A stretch of DNA of 64,000 bases, taken from the NCBI GenBank assembly GCA_005882635.1, contig VBFG01000043.1, positions 1,192 through 65,191 on the forward strand, given 5' to 3'. Numbering within the stretch: the first letter of the stretch is position 1; every line of letters begins with the position of its first letter. Below, one piece after another: positions 1 through 11,949 of the stretch. Under the pieces are notes generated by a model. That model did not search any database, was not told the DNA's origin, and worked only from the letters and a program-made list of their open reading frames with translations. Both the position numbers and the translations under genes were made by a program. This stretch comes from Chloroflexota bacterium (lineage in GTDB: Bacteria > Chloroflexota > Limnocylindria > Limnocylindrales > CSP1-4).

Positions 1-93
1 GATCACGCTGATCCAGGCCGCCTCTGCGACGATGACGAGCGGCAGCGGCGGAAGCTCGACGATCGCGGCGGCGACCCGATCGCTCCGGGTCAC
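1..93 (-). CDS. 5' end of an unidentified membrane-protein gene that continues past the window start
   Basis: GTG at 93-91 overlaps the DUF58 stop (GTGA). It reads VTRSDRVAAAIVELPPLPLVIVAEAAWISVI, which is hydrophobic. Only 31 codons are visible. The third position of MoxR-DUF58 operons is often a transglutaminase-like membrane protein, but that is not testable here. Confidence 0.3.
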   Translation of the reverse strand, partial: MTRSDRVAAAIVELPPLPLVIVAEAAWISVI

Positions 94-1355
94 GTCGCGA
101 TGGCCTCGCCTGTCGCGACCGTCGGGCCGGTAGCGACGACGAGTCGCCCCGCCGACCGCCACGGGCCGTCGAGGCGCGCCGTCCGGGCGGCCAGCCCAGC
201 GGCCCGGGCGTGGGCGGCGTCCCGGTCGGCGTTCGGACCGCAGGCGAGGACGACGACCGGGCAGCCTGACTGCTCCAGCCGCCGCAGGTGCCCGAGGTAT
301 CGCGCCGGGTCGCGGGCCGTGACGACGAGGATCGTGGTCCCGGGCCGCAGGACTCGGGCGATGGTCGCCAGCAGCCGCTCGAACGGGGCGGAGGGGTGCG
401 ACGACAAGCGCGCCAGGAGGTCCAGGACGCGCTCTGCCTGGCCCGGCGCCTCGGACGGCGGCAGGATCGCGAACCGGCTCTCGGCACGGTGGTAGCCCGC
501 GGCGGCGAGGCCGAACGACGCCCGTTCGTCCGCGAGCGACCGGGCGAGGGACGCGGCGACGACGAACAGTGACTCGACCTCCTCCACGTCGAAGGAGGTC
601 TCCCACGCGGCCCCGCCGTGGGTCTGCACGTCGAGGGCGATGAGCACCTCCCGATCGCGCGAGGGTTCGAACACCTTCACGACCGGCCGACCGAGACGGG
701 CACTCGCGCGGGGATGGACTCGGCGAACGGCGTCGCCCGGCGCGTACTCGCGGATGCCGGCGAACCGGGACGGATCCTCGCTGAGTCCGGCCAGGGCCCG
801 GTCCGTTCCGCCCCATCGGTCGCGACGATGGACCCCGGTCGCCCTGACCGTTCGTGGGCGGACGAGGAAGCGATCCGTCTCCGGCCGGGTGGCGGCCGCC
901 GCCTCGCGGGCGAAGAGGTCCCCGACCGACAGGTCGACCGGCCCGAGCTCGTAGACGCCGCGCCGATCCGCACCGACGTGGAACCGCCGGACGACCCGCT
1001 CGAACGGCGCGAGGGTCCACGTGTTGCGGAGGACACCGAGCCCCCGTTCACCCACGATCAACGGCCGCTCGCGGACGACCACGCCGGGGCTCGCCACGTC
1101 GTCGGCGCGGAGCCACGCCAGGGGGAGACCCTTCCGGTTCCAGACCTCGATCGTGGCCGGGATCTCCTCGCCCCAGGTGATCCGGTCCCGTCCCAACGTC
1201 CGGCGATACTGCACCTCCCGGAGACCGTTCCGGTTCCAGAACGCCCGAACGAGCTCCAGCAGGATCACGACGATCGCCAGCACGACCGCGACCGGGACGC
1301 TGAGGATGACCCCGCCGAGGAGGAGCAGGATCGCGAGGAACGCCGTCCCGGTCAC
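90..1355 (-). CDS. DUF58 domain protein (MoxR-associated, vWA-like)
   Basis: 421-aa ORF with an N-terminal hydrophobic segment. REYAPGDAVRRVHPRASARLGRPVVKVFE is a DUF58-type motif. GTG start at 1355 is preceded by GGAG. Lies immediately downstream of the MoxR ATPase. Confidence 0.85.
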   Translation of the reverse strand: MTGTAFLAILLLLGGVILSVPVAVVLAIVVILLELVRAFWNRNGLREVQYRRTLGRDRITWGEEIPATIEVWNRKGLPLAWLRADDVASPGVVVRERPLIVGERGLGVLRNTWTLAPFERVVRRFHVGADRRGVYELGPVDLSVGDLFAREAAAATRPETDRFLVRPRTVRATGVHRRDRWGGTDRALAGLSEDPSRFAGIREYAPGDAVRRVHPRASARLGRPVVKVFEPSRDREVLIALDVQTHGGAAWETSFDVEEVESLFVVAASLARSLADERASFGLAAAGYHRAESRFAILPPSEAPGQAERVLDLLARLSSHPSAPFERLLATIARVLRPGTTILVVTARDPARYLGHLRRLEQSGCPVVVLACGPNADRDAAHARAAGLAARTARLDGPWRSAGRLVVATGPTVATGEAIAT

Positions 1356-1380
1356 CGCGCGACGCCGGCTCCGCGCCGCC

Positions 1381-2322
1381 TCACCCGGGGGCCGGCGTCG
1401 CTGACGTCGGTGGGGCGGCGACCTGGTCGAGGATACCCGTCAGCGCGGCATCGACCGACGCGCCGCGCAGGCTCTGATCGAGATCGACCACGAGTCGATG
1501 GGCCAGCACCGGCCGGACCATCGCCTTGACGTCGTCCGGGAGCACGAACGTCCGACCGTCGAGGAACGCGGAGGCCTGCGCCGCCCGGTACAGGGCGACC
1601 GTTGCCCGCGGGCTCGCGCCGAGCTGGAGGTCCGTGTGGGTCCGCGTGGCGCGGGTGAGCGCGACGAGATAGGCCTCAACCTCGTCCGCGACATGGACCC
1701 GCCGGACGGCATCGCGGAGTTGGAGCAGCATCGGTCCGTCCGCGACGGCGTCGATCGCATCGAGCGGCTCTGCCGCAACCTGGTATCGCCGGGCGATCGA
1801 TCGTTCGGCGACCTCGTCCGGATATCCCAGCCGAATCCGCAGGAGAAACCGATCGAGCTGGGCCTGCGGCAGCGCGAAGGTTCCCTCGAACTCGATCGGG
1901 TTCTGCGTCGCGAGGACGATGAACGGCTCCGGCAGTGGGCGGGTCGTTCCTTCGATCGAGACCTGCCGCTCCTGCATCGCCTCGAGCAGCGCGGCCTGCG
2001 TTCGCGGGGTCGCCCGATTGATCTCGTCGACCAGGAGGATGTTCGTGAAGACGGGTCCCGGGGCGAAGCGGAGCGACCCTGCCTCGTACAAGCTGGAGCC
2101 CGTGATGTCGACCGGCAGCAGGTCGGGCGTTCCCTGGATGCGGTTCGACTGGAGCGCGAAGGCCCGTGCGACCGCTCGGGCGAGCAGCGTCTTGCCGGTT
2201 CCGGGGACATCCTCGACCAGGACGTGCCCCTCCGCGAGCAGCGCGGTCAGGACGAGCGTCAGCGGCTCATGGGCGCCGACCACGACGCGTTCGACCGCGG
2301 TCCGGAGGTCGTCCCACAGCAA
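1381..2322 (-). CDS. MoxR-family AAA+ ATPase
   Basis: Walker A DVPGTGKTLLARA and Walker B LLVDEINRATPRTQ, with MoxR-like overall sequence. The first canonical start is TTG at 2322. The frame stays open upstream to the acnA stop (see findings). Confidence 0.9.
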   Translation of the reverse strand: MLWDDLRTAVERVVVGAHEPLTLVLTALLAEGHVLVEDVPGTGKTLLARAVARAFALQSNRIQGTPDLLPVDITGSSLYEAGSLRFAPGPVFTNILLVDEINRATPRTQAALLEAMQERQVSIEGTTRPLPEPFIVLATQNPIEFEGTFALPQAQLDRFLLRIRLGYPDEVAERSIARRYQVAAEPLDAIDAVADGPMLLQLRDAVRRVHVADEVEAYLVALTRATRTHTDLQLGASPRATVALYRAAQASAFLDGRTFVLPDDVKAMVRPVLAHRLVVDLDQSLRGASVDAALTGILDQVAAPPTSATPAPG

Positions 2323-2478
2323 CCGCGACGCCCGACCTTTGACCGGCGCTGCGGCGGGCGTCGCTCGATCGCCCGCCCCCGGCAGCTCCGGCGGGACCTG
2401 AGGTGCGAGATCGGTGTCCGCGGTGGGCTCCTCGGTCGGGTTCGTCGTGGGTGGGTACGGCGCGGCTGACGCGGGGGT

Positions 2479-5349
<2,871 letters not shown>

Positions 5350-5419
5350 GCGTCCTCCGTCGGTTCGGTCAGTACACTCGCTGCGTGGAAGAGTACCGCC
5401 GACCACGTCTGAGCCGCCG

Positions 5420-6469
5420 ATGAAGGCCTGGGGCGGCCGCGACGAGCGCGCCGGTGGCAGCGATCGCGACGAGAAGATGCGCGCGATCGAGGAGGCCGGG
5501 ATCGACCTCGATCCGACCGCCGACGACGAGCACGACGGCGACCACGACGCTGGTCCCCACAGCCACCCCCACGTCCAGAGCGAGGCGGGCGGGCCGCCGA
5601 TCATCGGGATCGTCGGGGCGGGCGCGGTCGGAACCGCGCTCGGCGTGGCCCTGCAGCGGGCCGGCTGGCCGATCCATGCCGTGGCCAGTCGCGACGCCGC
5701 GCGTCGCGAGCGCTTCCGCGGGCTGGTCCCGGGCGCACGCGGTTTCGCCGACGCCCAGCCGCTCGTGGAGGAGGTCGAGCTGATCATCCTCGCCGTCCCC
5801 GACGACGCGATCCCTTCGGTTGCCGGCGACCTCCACATGTACGGCGGGCAGGCGATGATCCACACCAGCGGCCTGCTCGGGGCAGAGGCGTTGGCCGGAG
5901 CGATGGCGGCCGGGACGCAGGTCGGCTCGTTCCACCCGCTGGTCGCGTTCGCCGATCTCGAGCGAGCCGTGGCGGCTCTCCACGGCGCGACCATCGCGAT
6001 CGAGGGCGACGAGCAGCTCCTCGATCTGCTCGCCCGGATGGCGGAGGTGATCGGCGCGACACCGGTCCGACTCGCCCCCGGCGCGAAGCCCGCCTACCAT
6101 GCCGCCGCCGTCCTCGCCGCGGGTGGCTTCGTCGGGCTGCTCGACGCGATCGCCGAGCTGGGGCGCGTCGCGGGTCTCGACGAGGCCGGCAGCCTGGCGA
6201 TCTACGGCTCGCTCATCGAGCAGACCCTGGCGAACGCCCGCGGCCTTGGGATCGACGCCGCGCTGACGGGTCCGGCGACCCGCGGCGACCGGGGCACGTT
6301 CGTCGCCCACACGGCCGCGATCGACCGCGTCGCACCTGGTGTCGCTGCCCTCTACCGCGACCTCGCGGAGCGCGAGGTCTCGATCGCGGAACGGCGGGGC
6401 GCGCTGACACCGGAAGCCGCCGAAACGCTGCGATCAGCGCTCGCTCCCGCGCTTGCAACGCCCGATTGA
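5420..6469 (+). CDS. Rossmann-fold oxidoreductase-like protein with DUF2520-type C-terminal domain
   Basis: Dinucleotide-binding IIGIVGAGAVGTALG followed by a DUF2520-like C-terminus (AYHAAAVLAAGG..., TGPATRGD). His/Asp-rich N-terminal tail DDEHDGDHDAGPHSHPHV. Start is ambiguous between ATG 5420 and ATG 5477; GC3 is already high from 5420. Confidence 0.6.
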   Translation: MKAWGGRDERAGGSDRDEKMRAIEEAGIDLDPTADDEHDGDHDAGPHSHPHVQSEAGGPPIIGIVGAGAVGTALGVALQRAGWPIHAVASRDAARRERFRGLVPGARGFADAQPLVEEVELIILAVPDDAIPSVAGDLHMYGGQAMIHTSGLLGAEALAGAMAAGTQVGSFHPLVAFADLERAVAALHGATIAIEGDEQLLDLLARMAEVIGATPVRLAPGAKPAYHAAAVLAAGGFVGLLDAIAELGRVAGLDEAGSLAIYGSLIEQTLANARGLGIDAALTGPATRGDRGTFVAHTAAIDRVAPGVAALYRDLAEREVSIAERRGALTPEAAETLRSALAPALATPD

Positions 6470-6488
6470 GGCGCTACCATTGCCGCCC

Positions 6489-6812
6489 ATGGAGCGCAGC
6501 ATCGCCGCACGGTACGCGGCCCGCCAGACCGCGCGGTTCGTGACCCCGTCGGCCCGGGCGCGGGAGCGCCGGCTGGGCCTGCGCGGCGCCGGCTCGTTCC
6601 ATCCCGCGACGACCCGACTGACCGTCCTGCAACGGCCGGGTGACGGCATCCTCGCCCAGCTCCGCGGTGACTGGCGCGCCGTCCGCGCCGCCCAGCCGCG
6701 ACGCGCCGCCAACGGTCGCCTGCGGCCGACCGTCTCGTTCCGCTGGACTGGCTCCGACCCCGCCGGGGCGACCCACCGTTCGAGCGCCGCCACGGCGCCG
6801 TGGCGCGGCTGA
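6489..6812 (+). CDS. hypothetical small basic protein (called on coding potential only)
   Basis: Frame has about 91% G/C at third positions (97 of 107 codons, hand count), unlike true intergenic stretches here at 70-80% in all frames. Arg-rich, no recognisable domain, no SD. An alternative TTG start lies at 6453. Overlaps the NUDIX start by 13 nt. Confidence 0.3.
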   Translation: MERSIAARYAARQTARFVTPSARARERRLGLRGAGSFHPATTRLTVLQRPGDGILAQLRGDWRAVRAAQPRRAANGRLRPTVSFRWTGSDPAGATHRSSAATAPWRG

Positions 6813-7303
6813 GGACGGCCACCGCCACCTCGGCCGGCGGCATCGTCGTTCGCTTCGACGACGGAATTCCCTCGCTCGTCGTCGGTGCCCGCCGTCGCGA
6901 CCGCGACGTCCTCACCTGGACCCTCCCCAAGGGCACGCCGAACCCGGGCGAGTCGCGGGAGCAGACCGCCCTCCGCGAGGTCGCCGAGGAGACCGGTCTT
7001 CAGGTCCGCATCACCGACGAGCTCGAGTCGATCGAGTACTGGTTCGTCCAGCGCGGCAGCCGCATCCACAAGACGGTCCACTACTTCCTGATGGAGCCGG
7101 TCGGCGGCGACCTCGCCGGCCACGACCACGAGTTCGACCAGGTTCGTTGGGTCCCGTTCGACCAGGCCGCCGGCCTGCTCACGTTCGAGACCGAGCGGGC
7201 GCTGGTCGCCAAGGCGGCCGAGGTCGTCGACCCGGGCGCGGCGGCGCGGGCGGCGACCGCGGTGATCCGGCCGACCGCCGGCGCGCCGATGGGCCGGGCC
7301 TGA
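6800..7303 (+). CDS. NUDIX hydrolase
   Basis: Nudix box GTPNPGESREQTALREVAEETGL (GX5EX7REVXEEXG). GTG start at 6800. Confidence 0.85.
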   Translation: MARLRTATATSAGGIVVRFDDGIPSLVVGARRRDRDVLTWTLPKGTPNPGESREQTALREVAEETGLQVRITDELESIEYWFVQRGSRIHKTVHYFLMEPVGGDLAGHDHEFDQVRWVPFDQAAGLLTFETERALVAKAAEVVDPGAAARAATAVIRPTAGAPMGRA

Positions 7304-7316
7304 GCCCGGGCCGACG

Positions 7317-8432
7317 ATGACCGAGACCTCGCTCCAAACGCTCCACGAGACGCCGCTTCAGGACCGCCACGTCGCCCTCGGCGCGCGGCTGATCGACTTC
7401 GCCGGCTGGCAGATGCCCGTCCAGTACGCGGGCATCCTCGAGGAGCATCGCGCCGTCCGCGAGCGCGCCGGCCTGTTCGACCTGTCGCACATGGGCGAGC
7501 TCTTCGTCGAGGGACCCGAGGCGGGATCGGCGCTGGCCTACGCCGTCGTCACGAACCCACCGTCGCTCGCGGAGGGCCGCGCCCAGTACTCGATGATCGT
7601 CGCGCCCAACGGCGGGATCCTCGACGACCTGATCGTCTACCACCTGGCGGCGGATCGCTTCCTCGTCGTCGCGAACGCGAGCAACGCCCAGGTCGTCAGC
7701 GACCTGCTGGCCGAGCGGCTGAGCGGCTTCAAGGCGGTTCTCGACGACCGGTCCCTCGCGACGGCGCTCGTCGCCATCCAGGGCCCCCGCTCCGTCGAGA
7801 TCCTGCGGCCCCTGACCGACGTCGATCTCGATGCGCTCCGTTACTACGCGATCGCCGAGGGCAGCGTCGCCGGGATCCCGGCCCTCGTCGCCCGGACTGG
7901 GTATACCGGCGAGGACGGCTTCGAGGTGTTCGTCGATACCGGCCGCGCGGTCGCCCTGTGGGACGCGCTGATGGCCGGCGGCGAGGGCCACGGCCTGGCG
8001 CCGATCGGCCTCGGCGCCCGCGACACGCTCCGGCTCGAGGCGGGCATGCCGCTCTACGGCAACGAGCTCGATCCGACGACGAACCCGTTCGAGGCCGGCC
8101 TCGGCCGGGTCGTCAAGCTCGACAAGCCGGACGACTTCGTCGGCCGCGCCGCCCTCGAGAAGGTCGCCAGGGAAGGCGTCGATCGGAAGCTCGTCGGGAT
8201 CGTCCTGCGCGGACGGGGGATCGCCCGCCACGGCTATCCCATCCATGCCGGCGAACCCGTCAGCGGGGTCGTGACGAGCGGCACCCAGTCGCCGACCCTC
8301 GGTCAGGCGATCGCCATGGGCTACGTTGCCACGCCTGACGCGGAGCCGGGTACGATGATCGACGTCGAGATCCGCGGCCAACGGGTCCCCGCCGAGGTCG
8401 TGGCCCTGCCGTTCTACCGCCGGGCCCGCTGA
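7317..8432 (+). CDS. gcvT: glycine cleavage system T protein (aminomethyltransferase)
   Basis: 371 aa with GcvT-like sequence (TPLQDRHVALGARLIDFAGWQMPVQY, RDTLRLEAGMPLYGNEL). First gene of the gcv cluster. Confidence 0.93.
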   Translation: MTETSLQTLHETPLQDRHVALGARLIDFAGWQMPVQYAGILEEHRAVRERAGLFDLSHMGELFVEGPEAGSALAYAVVTNPPSLAEGRAQYSMIVAPNGGILDDLIVYHLAADRFLVVANASNAQVVSDLLAERLSGFKAVLDDRSLATALVAIQGPRSVEILRPLTDVDLDALRYYAIAEGSVAGIPALVARTGYTGEDGFEVFVDTGRAVALWDALMAGGEGHGLAPIGLGARDTLRLEAGMPLYGNELDPTTNPFEAGLGRVVKLDKPDDFVGRAALEKVAREGVDRKLVGIVLRGRGIARHGYPIHAGEPVSGVVTSGTQSPTLGQAIAMGYVATPDAEPGTMIDVEIRGQRVPAEVVALPFYRRAR

Positions 8433-8475
8433 CCGGGCGCTCCGGCGCCCGACCCCCGCCCTGTGACGGAGGAGA

Positions 8476-8865
8476 ATGCACGCGATGGTCCCTGCCGATC
8501 TGCACTACACGAAGGACCACGAGTGGGTCCGCGTGGATGGCGACGAGGCGACGGTCGGGATCACCGCCTATGCCGCCGACCAGCTCGGCGACATCGTCTT
8601 CGTGGAGCTCCCGGAGGCGGGCCGGAGCGTCACCCAGTTCGCGGCGTTCGGCGTCGTCGAGTCGGTCAAGGCCGTGAGCGATCTCTTCGCCCCGCTGACC
8701 GGTGAGGTGGCCACCGCCAACGACGCGCTGGCGGGGTCGCCCGAGCTCGTCAACAGCGACCCGTACGGCGACGGCTGGATGGTCCGGATCCGGCTGTCCG
8801 AGCGGGGCGAGCTGGACGAGTTGCTCGACGCCACGGCCTACGACGCGCTGATCGCCGCCGGCTGA
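8476..8865 (+). CDS. gcvH: glycine cleavage system H protein
   Basis: 129 aa. Lipoyl-lysine motif VESVKAVSD. GGAGGAG sits upstream of the ATG. Confidence 0.93.
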   Translation: MHAMVPADLHYTKDHEWVRVDGDEATVGITAYAADQLGDIVFVELPEAGRSVTQFAAFGVVESVKAVSDLFAPLTGEVATANDALAGSPELVNSDPYGDGWMVRIRLSERGELDELLDATAYDALIAAG

Positions 8866-8868
8866 GCG

Positions 8869-10287
8869 ATGCCCTACGGTCCCCATACCGCCGACGACCG
8901 CGAGCGCATGCTCGCGGCGCTCGGCATCGGCGGCGTCGACGAGCTGTTCGCTGATATCCCGGAACCGCTCCGGGCCAGTCGCCTGGACCTGCCGGACCCG
9001 GAGCCGGAGCTCGAGCTGGCGGCGCGTCTGCAGGGGCTGGCGGGTCGCAACCGGACGGACCTCGCCTCGTTCCTCGGCGCGGGCATCTACCGCCACTGGT
9101 CGCCGCCCGCGGTCGACCAGATCCTCCTCCGCGGCGAGTGGTACACCGCCTACACGCCGTACCAGCCGGAGATCAGCCAGGGGACGCTCCAGAGCATCTA
9201 CGAGTACGAGTCCCTCCTCGCCGAGCTGGTCGATCTCGACGTCGTCAGCGCCTCGCACTACGACGGCGCGGCGGCCACGGCGGAGGCAGCGCTGATGACC
9301 TGCCGGGCGACGCGCCGCGAGCGCGTCCTCGTGTCGAAGGCCGTCCATCCCCACTATCGCCAGACCCTTGCCGCGTATTTCGGCGGCGGCCTCCAGCTCG
9401 AGGAGATCCCGCTCGTCGCCGACGGCGAGGCCGCCGGAACGACGGACCTGGCGGCCCTGGAGCGGCTGCTCGGCGACGGCGCGCCGGTCGCCGGCGTCGT
9501 CGCCGCCCAGCCCTCGTTCCTCGGTCTCCTCGAACCCATGGCCGAGATCGGCCGGCTCGCCCACGCGGCCGGCGCCCTCTTCGTGAGCGTCATCGAGCCC
9601 GTGTCCCTCGCGGTCCTCGCGCCGCCGGGTGCGTACGGCGCGGACATCGCCGCCGGCGAGGGCCAGCCGCTCGGGATCGCGCCGCAGTACGGCGGCCCGT
9701 ACCTCGGGATCCTCGCCTCGACAGACGGGCTCGTCCGCCAGATCCCGGGCCGCCTCGTGGGGATGACGACCGATGTCAACGGCCGGCGGGCCTATGTCAT
9801 GACGCTACGCGCGCGCGAGCAGGACATCCGTCGCGACAAGGCGGCCAGCAACATCTGCACGAACCAGGCGCTGCTCGCCCTCGCGGCGAGCGTCTACCTC
9901 GCGACGATCGGCCCGCACGGCCTGCGCGACGTGGCCGCCCAGGGCGCGGCGCGCGCGGCACGGCTCGAGACGGCGCTCGCCGCCGTCGGCGCCGGGCGCG
10001 TCCATCGCGGGCCGTACCTTAACGAATTCGCCGTCGGCGTCCCGGACGCGCGTGCCGTCCATCGCCGGCTCCTCGAGCGCGGCGTGCTGGCCGGGCTGGC
10101 CCTGGCCGACGTCCTGCCGGACGAGCCGTCGCTGTCGGACGCACTCCTCGTCTGCGCGACCGAGCTCACGACCGACGACGAGATCGCCCGGTTCGCGTCG
10201 GGTCTGGCGGCGGAGCTCGCCGTCCACGACCACACGGCCCCGACGATTCCCACTCCGAGCGGCGAGCCCGTGGAGGCCGCCCGATGA
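8869..10287 (+). CDS. gcvPA: glycine dehydrogenase (decarboxylating) subunit 1
   Basis: 472 aa with an N-terminal P-protein half (YTPYQPEISQGTLQ). Followed by subunit 2 through an ATGA overlap. Confidence 0.92.
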   Translation: MPYGPHTADDRERMLAALGIGGVDELFADIPEPLRASRLDLPDPEPELELAARLQGLAGRNRTDLASFLGAGIYRHWSPPAVDQILLRGEWYTAYTPYQPEISQGTLQSIYEYESLLAELVDLDVVSASHYDGAAATAEAALMTCRATRRERVLVSKAVHPHYRQTLAAYFGGGLQLEEIPLVADGEAAGTTDLAALERLLGDGAPVAGVVAAQPSFLGLLEPMAEIGRLAHAAGALFVSVIEPVSLAVLAPPGAYGADIAAGEGQPLGIAPQYGGPYLGILASTDGLVRQIPGRLVGMTTDVNGRRAYVMTLRAREQDIRRDKAASNICTNQALLALAASVYLATIGPHGLRDVAAQGAARAARLETALAAVGAGRVHRGPYLNEFAVGVPDARAVHRRLLERGVLAGLALADVLPDEPSLSDALLVCATELTTDDEIARFASGLAAELAVHDHTAPTIPTPSGEPVEAAR

Positions 10288-11783
10288 GCGTCGTCGGCGA
10301 GAAGCTCCAGCCGACGCTGTTCGAGCGATCGCGCCCCGGCCGCGGCGGGGGCAAGATCCCACACCCGCCTAAGGATGCCCTCGACCGGATCCCGTCCGCC
10401 GCCCGACGGGCGACGCCGCCGGCCCTGCCCGAGCTCAACGAGCCGGAGGTCGTCCGCCATTACGTCAATCTGTCGCACCTGAACTACGCGATCGACACGG
10501 GCTTCTACCCGCTGGGCTCGTGCACGATGAAGTTCAACCCGAAGCTCAACGAGTGGGCGGCCCGCCTCCCCGGCTTCGCCTCGCTCCATCCGCTCGCCCC
10601 CGACGAGATCGCCCAGGGCACGCTCCAGCTGCTGTGGGAGCTCGAGGGGGCGCTCGCCGAGATCAGCGGGATGCGGGCGGTCACCCTCCAGCCGGCGGCC
10701 GGCGCCCAGGGCGAGCTGAGCGGGATCCTGATGATCCGGGCCCACCATCGGAGCCGCGGCGAGACCGAGCGCGACGAGGTCCTCGTCCCCGACAGCTCGC
10801 ATGGGACAAACCCGGCGACCGCCTCGATGGCCGGCTTCCGGACGATCACGATTCCGTCGGCGCCCGACGGTGGTGTCGACCTCGACGCATTCCGATCCGC
10901 CCTCGGGCCGCGGACGGCCGCGGTGATGATCACCAACCCGTCGACGCTCGGGCTATTCGAGAAGCGGATCGGCGATCTCCTCGACGCGGTCCATGAAGCG
11001 GGCGCGCTCGCCTATATGGACGGGGCGAACCTCAATGCGATTCTCGGCCGGTTCAAACCGGGCGAGGCCGGCTTCGATGTCATGCACTTCAACGTCCACA
11101 AGACCTTCTCGACGCCGCACGGTGGTGGCGGCCCCGGCGCCGGGCCGGTCGGGGTGGGCGACACGTTGCTGCCGTACCTCCCGACGCCGCGCGTCCTGCG
11201 GGCCGACGACGGCACGTTCCGCCTGGAGCGCCCCGGTGAGCGGCCCACCTCGATCGGCCGGCTTCGGAGCTTCGTCGGCAACACGGGCGTCCTCGTCCGC
11301 GCGTATGCCTACATCCGGGCCCACGGCGCAGCCGGCCTGCGCGAGGTCAGCGACGACGCGGTGCTCGCGGCGAATTACCTGCGGAAGCGGGTTGGTGAGG
11401 CGTACGAAATCCCCTTCGACCGCCACTGCAAGCACGAATTCGTCGCCTCCGCGGCGGGCCTCAAGAAGCGGACCGGCGTCCGGACGCTCGACATCGCGAA
11501 GCGCCTGATCGACAAGGGCTTCCACCCGCCCACGATCTACTTTCCGCTCACGGTCGAGGAGGGGATGCTGATCGAGCCGACCGAGACCGAGTCGGTCGAG
11601 ACGCTCGATGCGTTCGCCGATGCGCTGATCTCCATCGCCGCCGAGGCGGAGAGCGACCCGGACCTCGTCACGAGCGCGCCGCACACCGCGCCGGTCGGCC
11701 GGCTCGACGAGGCGACCGCCGCCCGCCAGCCGAACCTCCGCTGGCGGCCGATGGCCGGCGCCGAGATGCCCTGCCCGGATTGA
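10284..11783 (+). CDS. gcvPB: glycine dehydrogenase (decarboxylating) subunit 2
   Basis: 499 aa. PLP-lysine motif HFNVHKTFSTPHGGGGPG. ATG overlaps the gcvPA TGA. Confidence 0.92.
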   Translation: MSVVGEKLQPTLFERSRPGRGGGKIPHPPKDALDRIPSAARRATPPALPELNEPEVVRHYVNLSHLNYAIDTGFYPLGSCTMKFNPKLNEWAARLPGFASLHPLAPDEIAQGTLQLLWELEGALAEISGMRAVTLQPAAGAQGELSGILMIRAHHRSRGETERDEVLVPDSSHGTNPATASMAGFRTITIPSAPDGGVDLDAFRSALGPRTAAVMITNPSTLGLFEKRIGDLLDAVHEAGALAYMDGANLNAILGRFKPGEAGFDVMHFNVHKTFSTPHGGGGPGAGPVGVGDTLLPYLPTPRVLRADDGTFRLERPGERPTSIGRLRSFVGNTGVLVRAYAYIRAHGAAGLREVSDDAVLAANYLRKRVGEAYEIPFDRHCKHEFVASAAGLKKRTGVRTLDIAKRLIDKGFHPPTIYFPLTVEEGMLIEPTETESVETLDAFADALISIAAEAESDPDLVTSAPHTAPVGRLDEATAARQPNLRWRPMAGAEMPCPD

Positions 11784-11803
11784 GCCGGCGCTTCGGCGCC
11801 GGT
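11784..11803 (+). terminator. stem-loop immediately after the gcvPB stop
   Basis: GCCGGCGC-TTCG-GCGCCGGT: 8-bp stem (one G-U pair) with a UUCG tetraloop. There is no clear U-tract, so terminator strength is uncertain. Confidence 0.5.
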
Positions 11804-11805
11804 CG

Positions 11806-11831
11806 TGAACCTCTTGACCGGAAAAGCCGTA
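11806..11831 (+). promoter_or_regulatory. putative ECF-type (autoregulated) promoter
   Basis: TGAAC-N17-CGTA upstream of the ECF sigma gene. It resembles group-IV sigma promoters (xGAAC ... CGTx). Confidence 0.4.
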
Positions 11832-11949
11832 CTGTCCGTCCAGATACCGGGGAAGACCATCTCCACACCGGAGACACAACATCACCCACGACGCGGCGCC
11901 TGACAAGGCCGACCTGGGTCGCTGCCGCGACGCCGAGCTGATCCGCCGC

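Noticed and set aside
5350-5994. 215-codon N-terminal extension of aconitase in the 1171-aa track ORF
   Set aside because: The extension is S/R/P/A-rich junk overlapping the divergent DUF2520 gene. GTG 5349 has a GGAGGA SD and gives a normal-length AcnA.
6470-7316. Glycine riboswitch upstream of gcvT
   Set aside because: Only 13 nt separate the NUDIX stop from gcvT, and the 6470-6800 stretch looks coding. No tandem glycine-aptamer core (GGAGAG...CACCG...) is visible.
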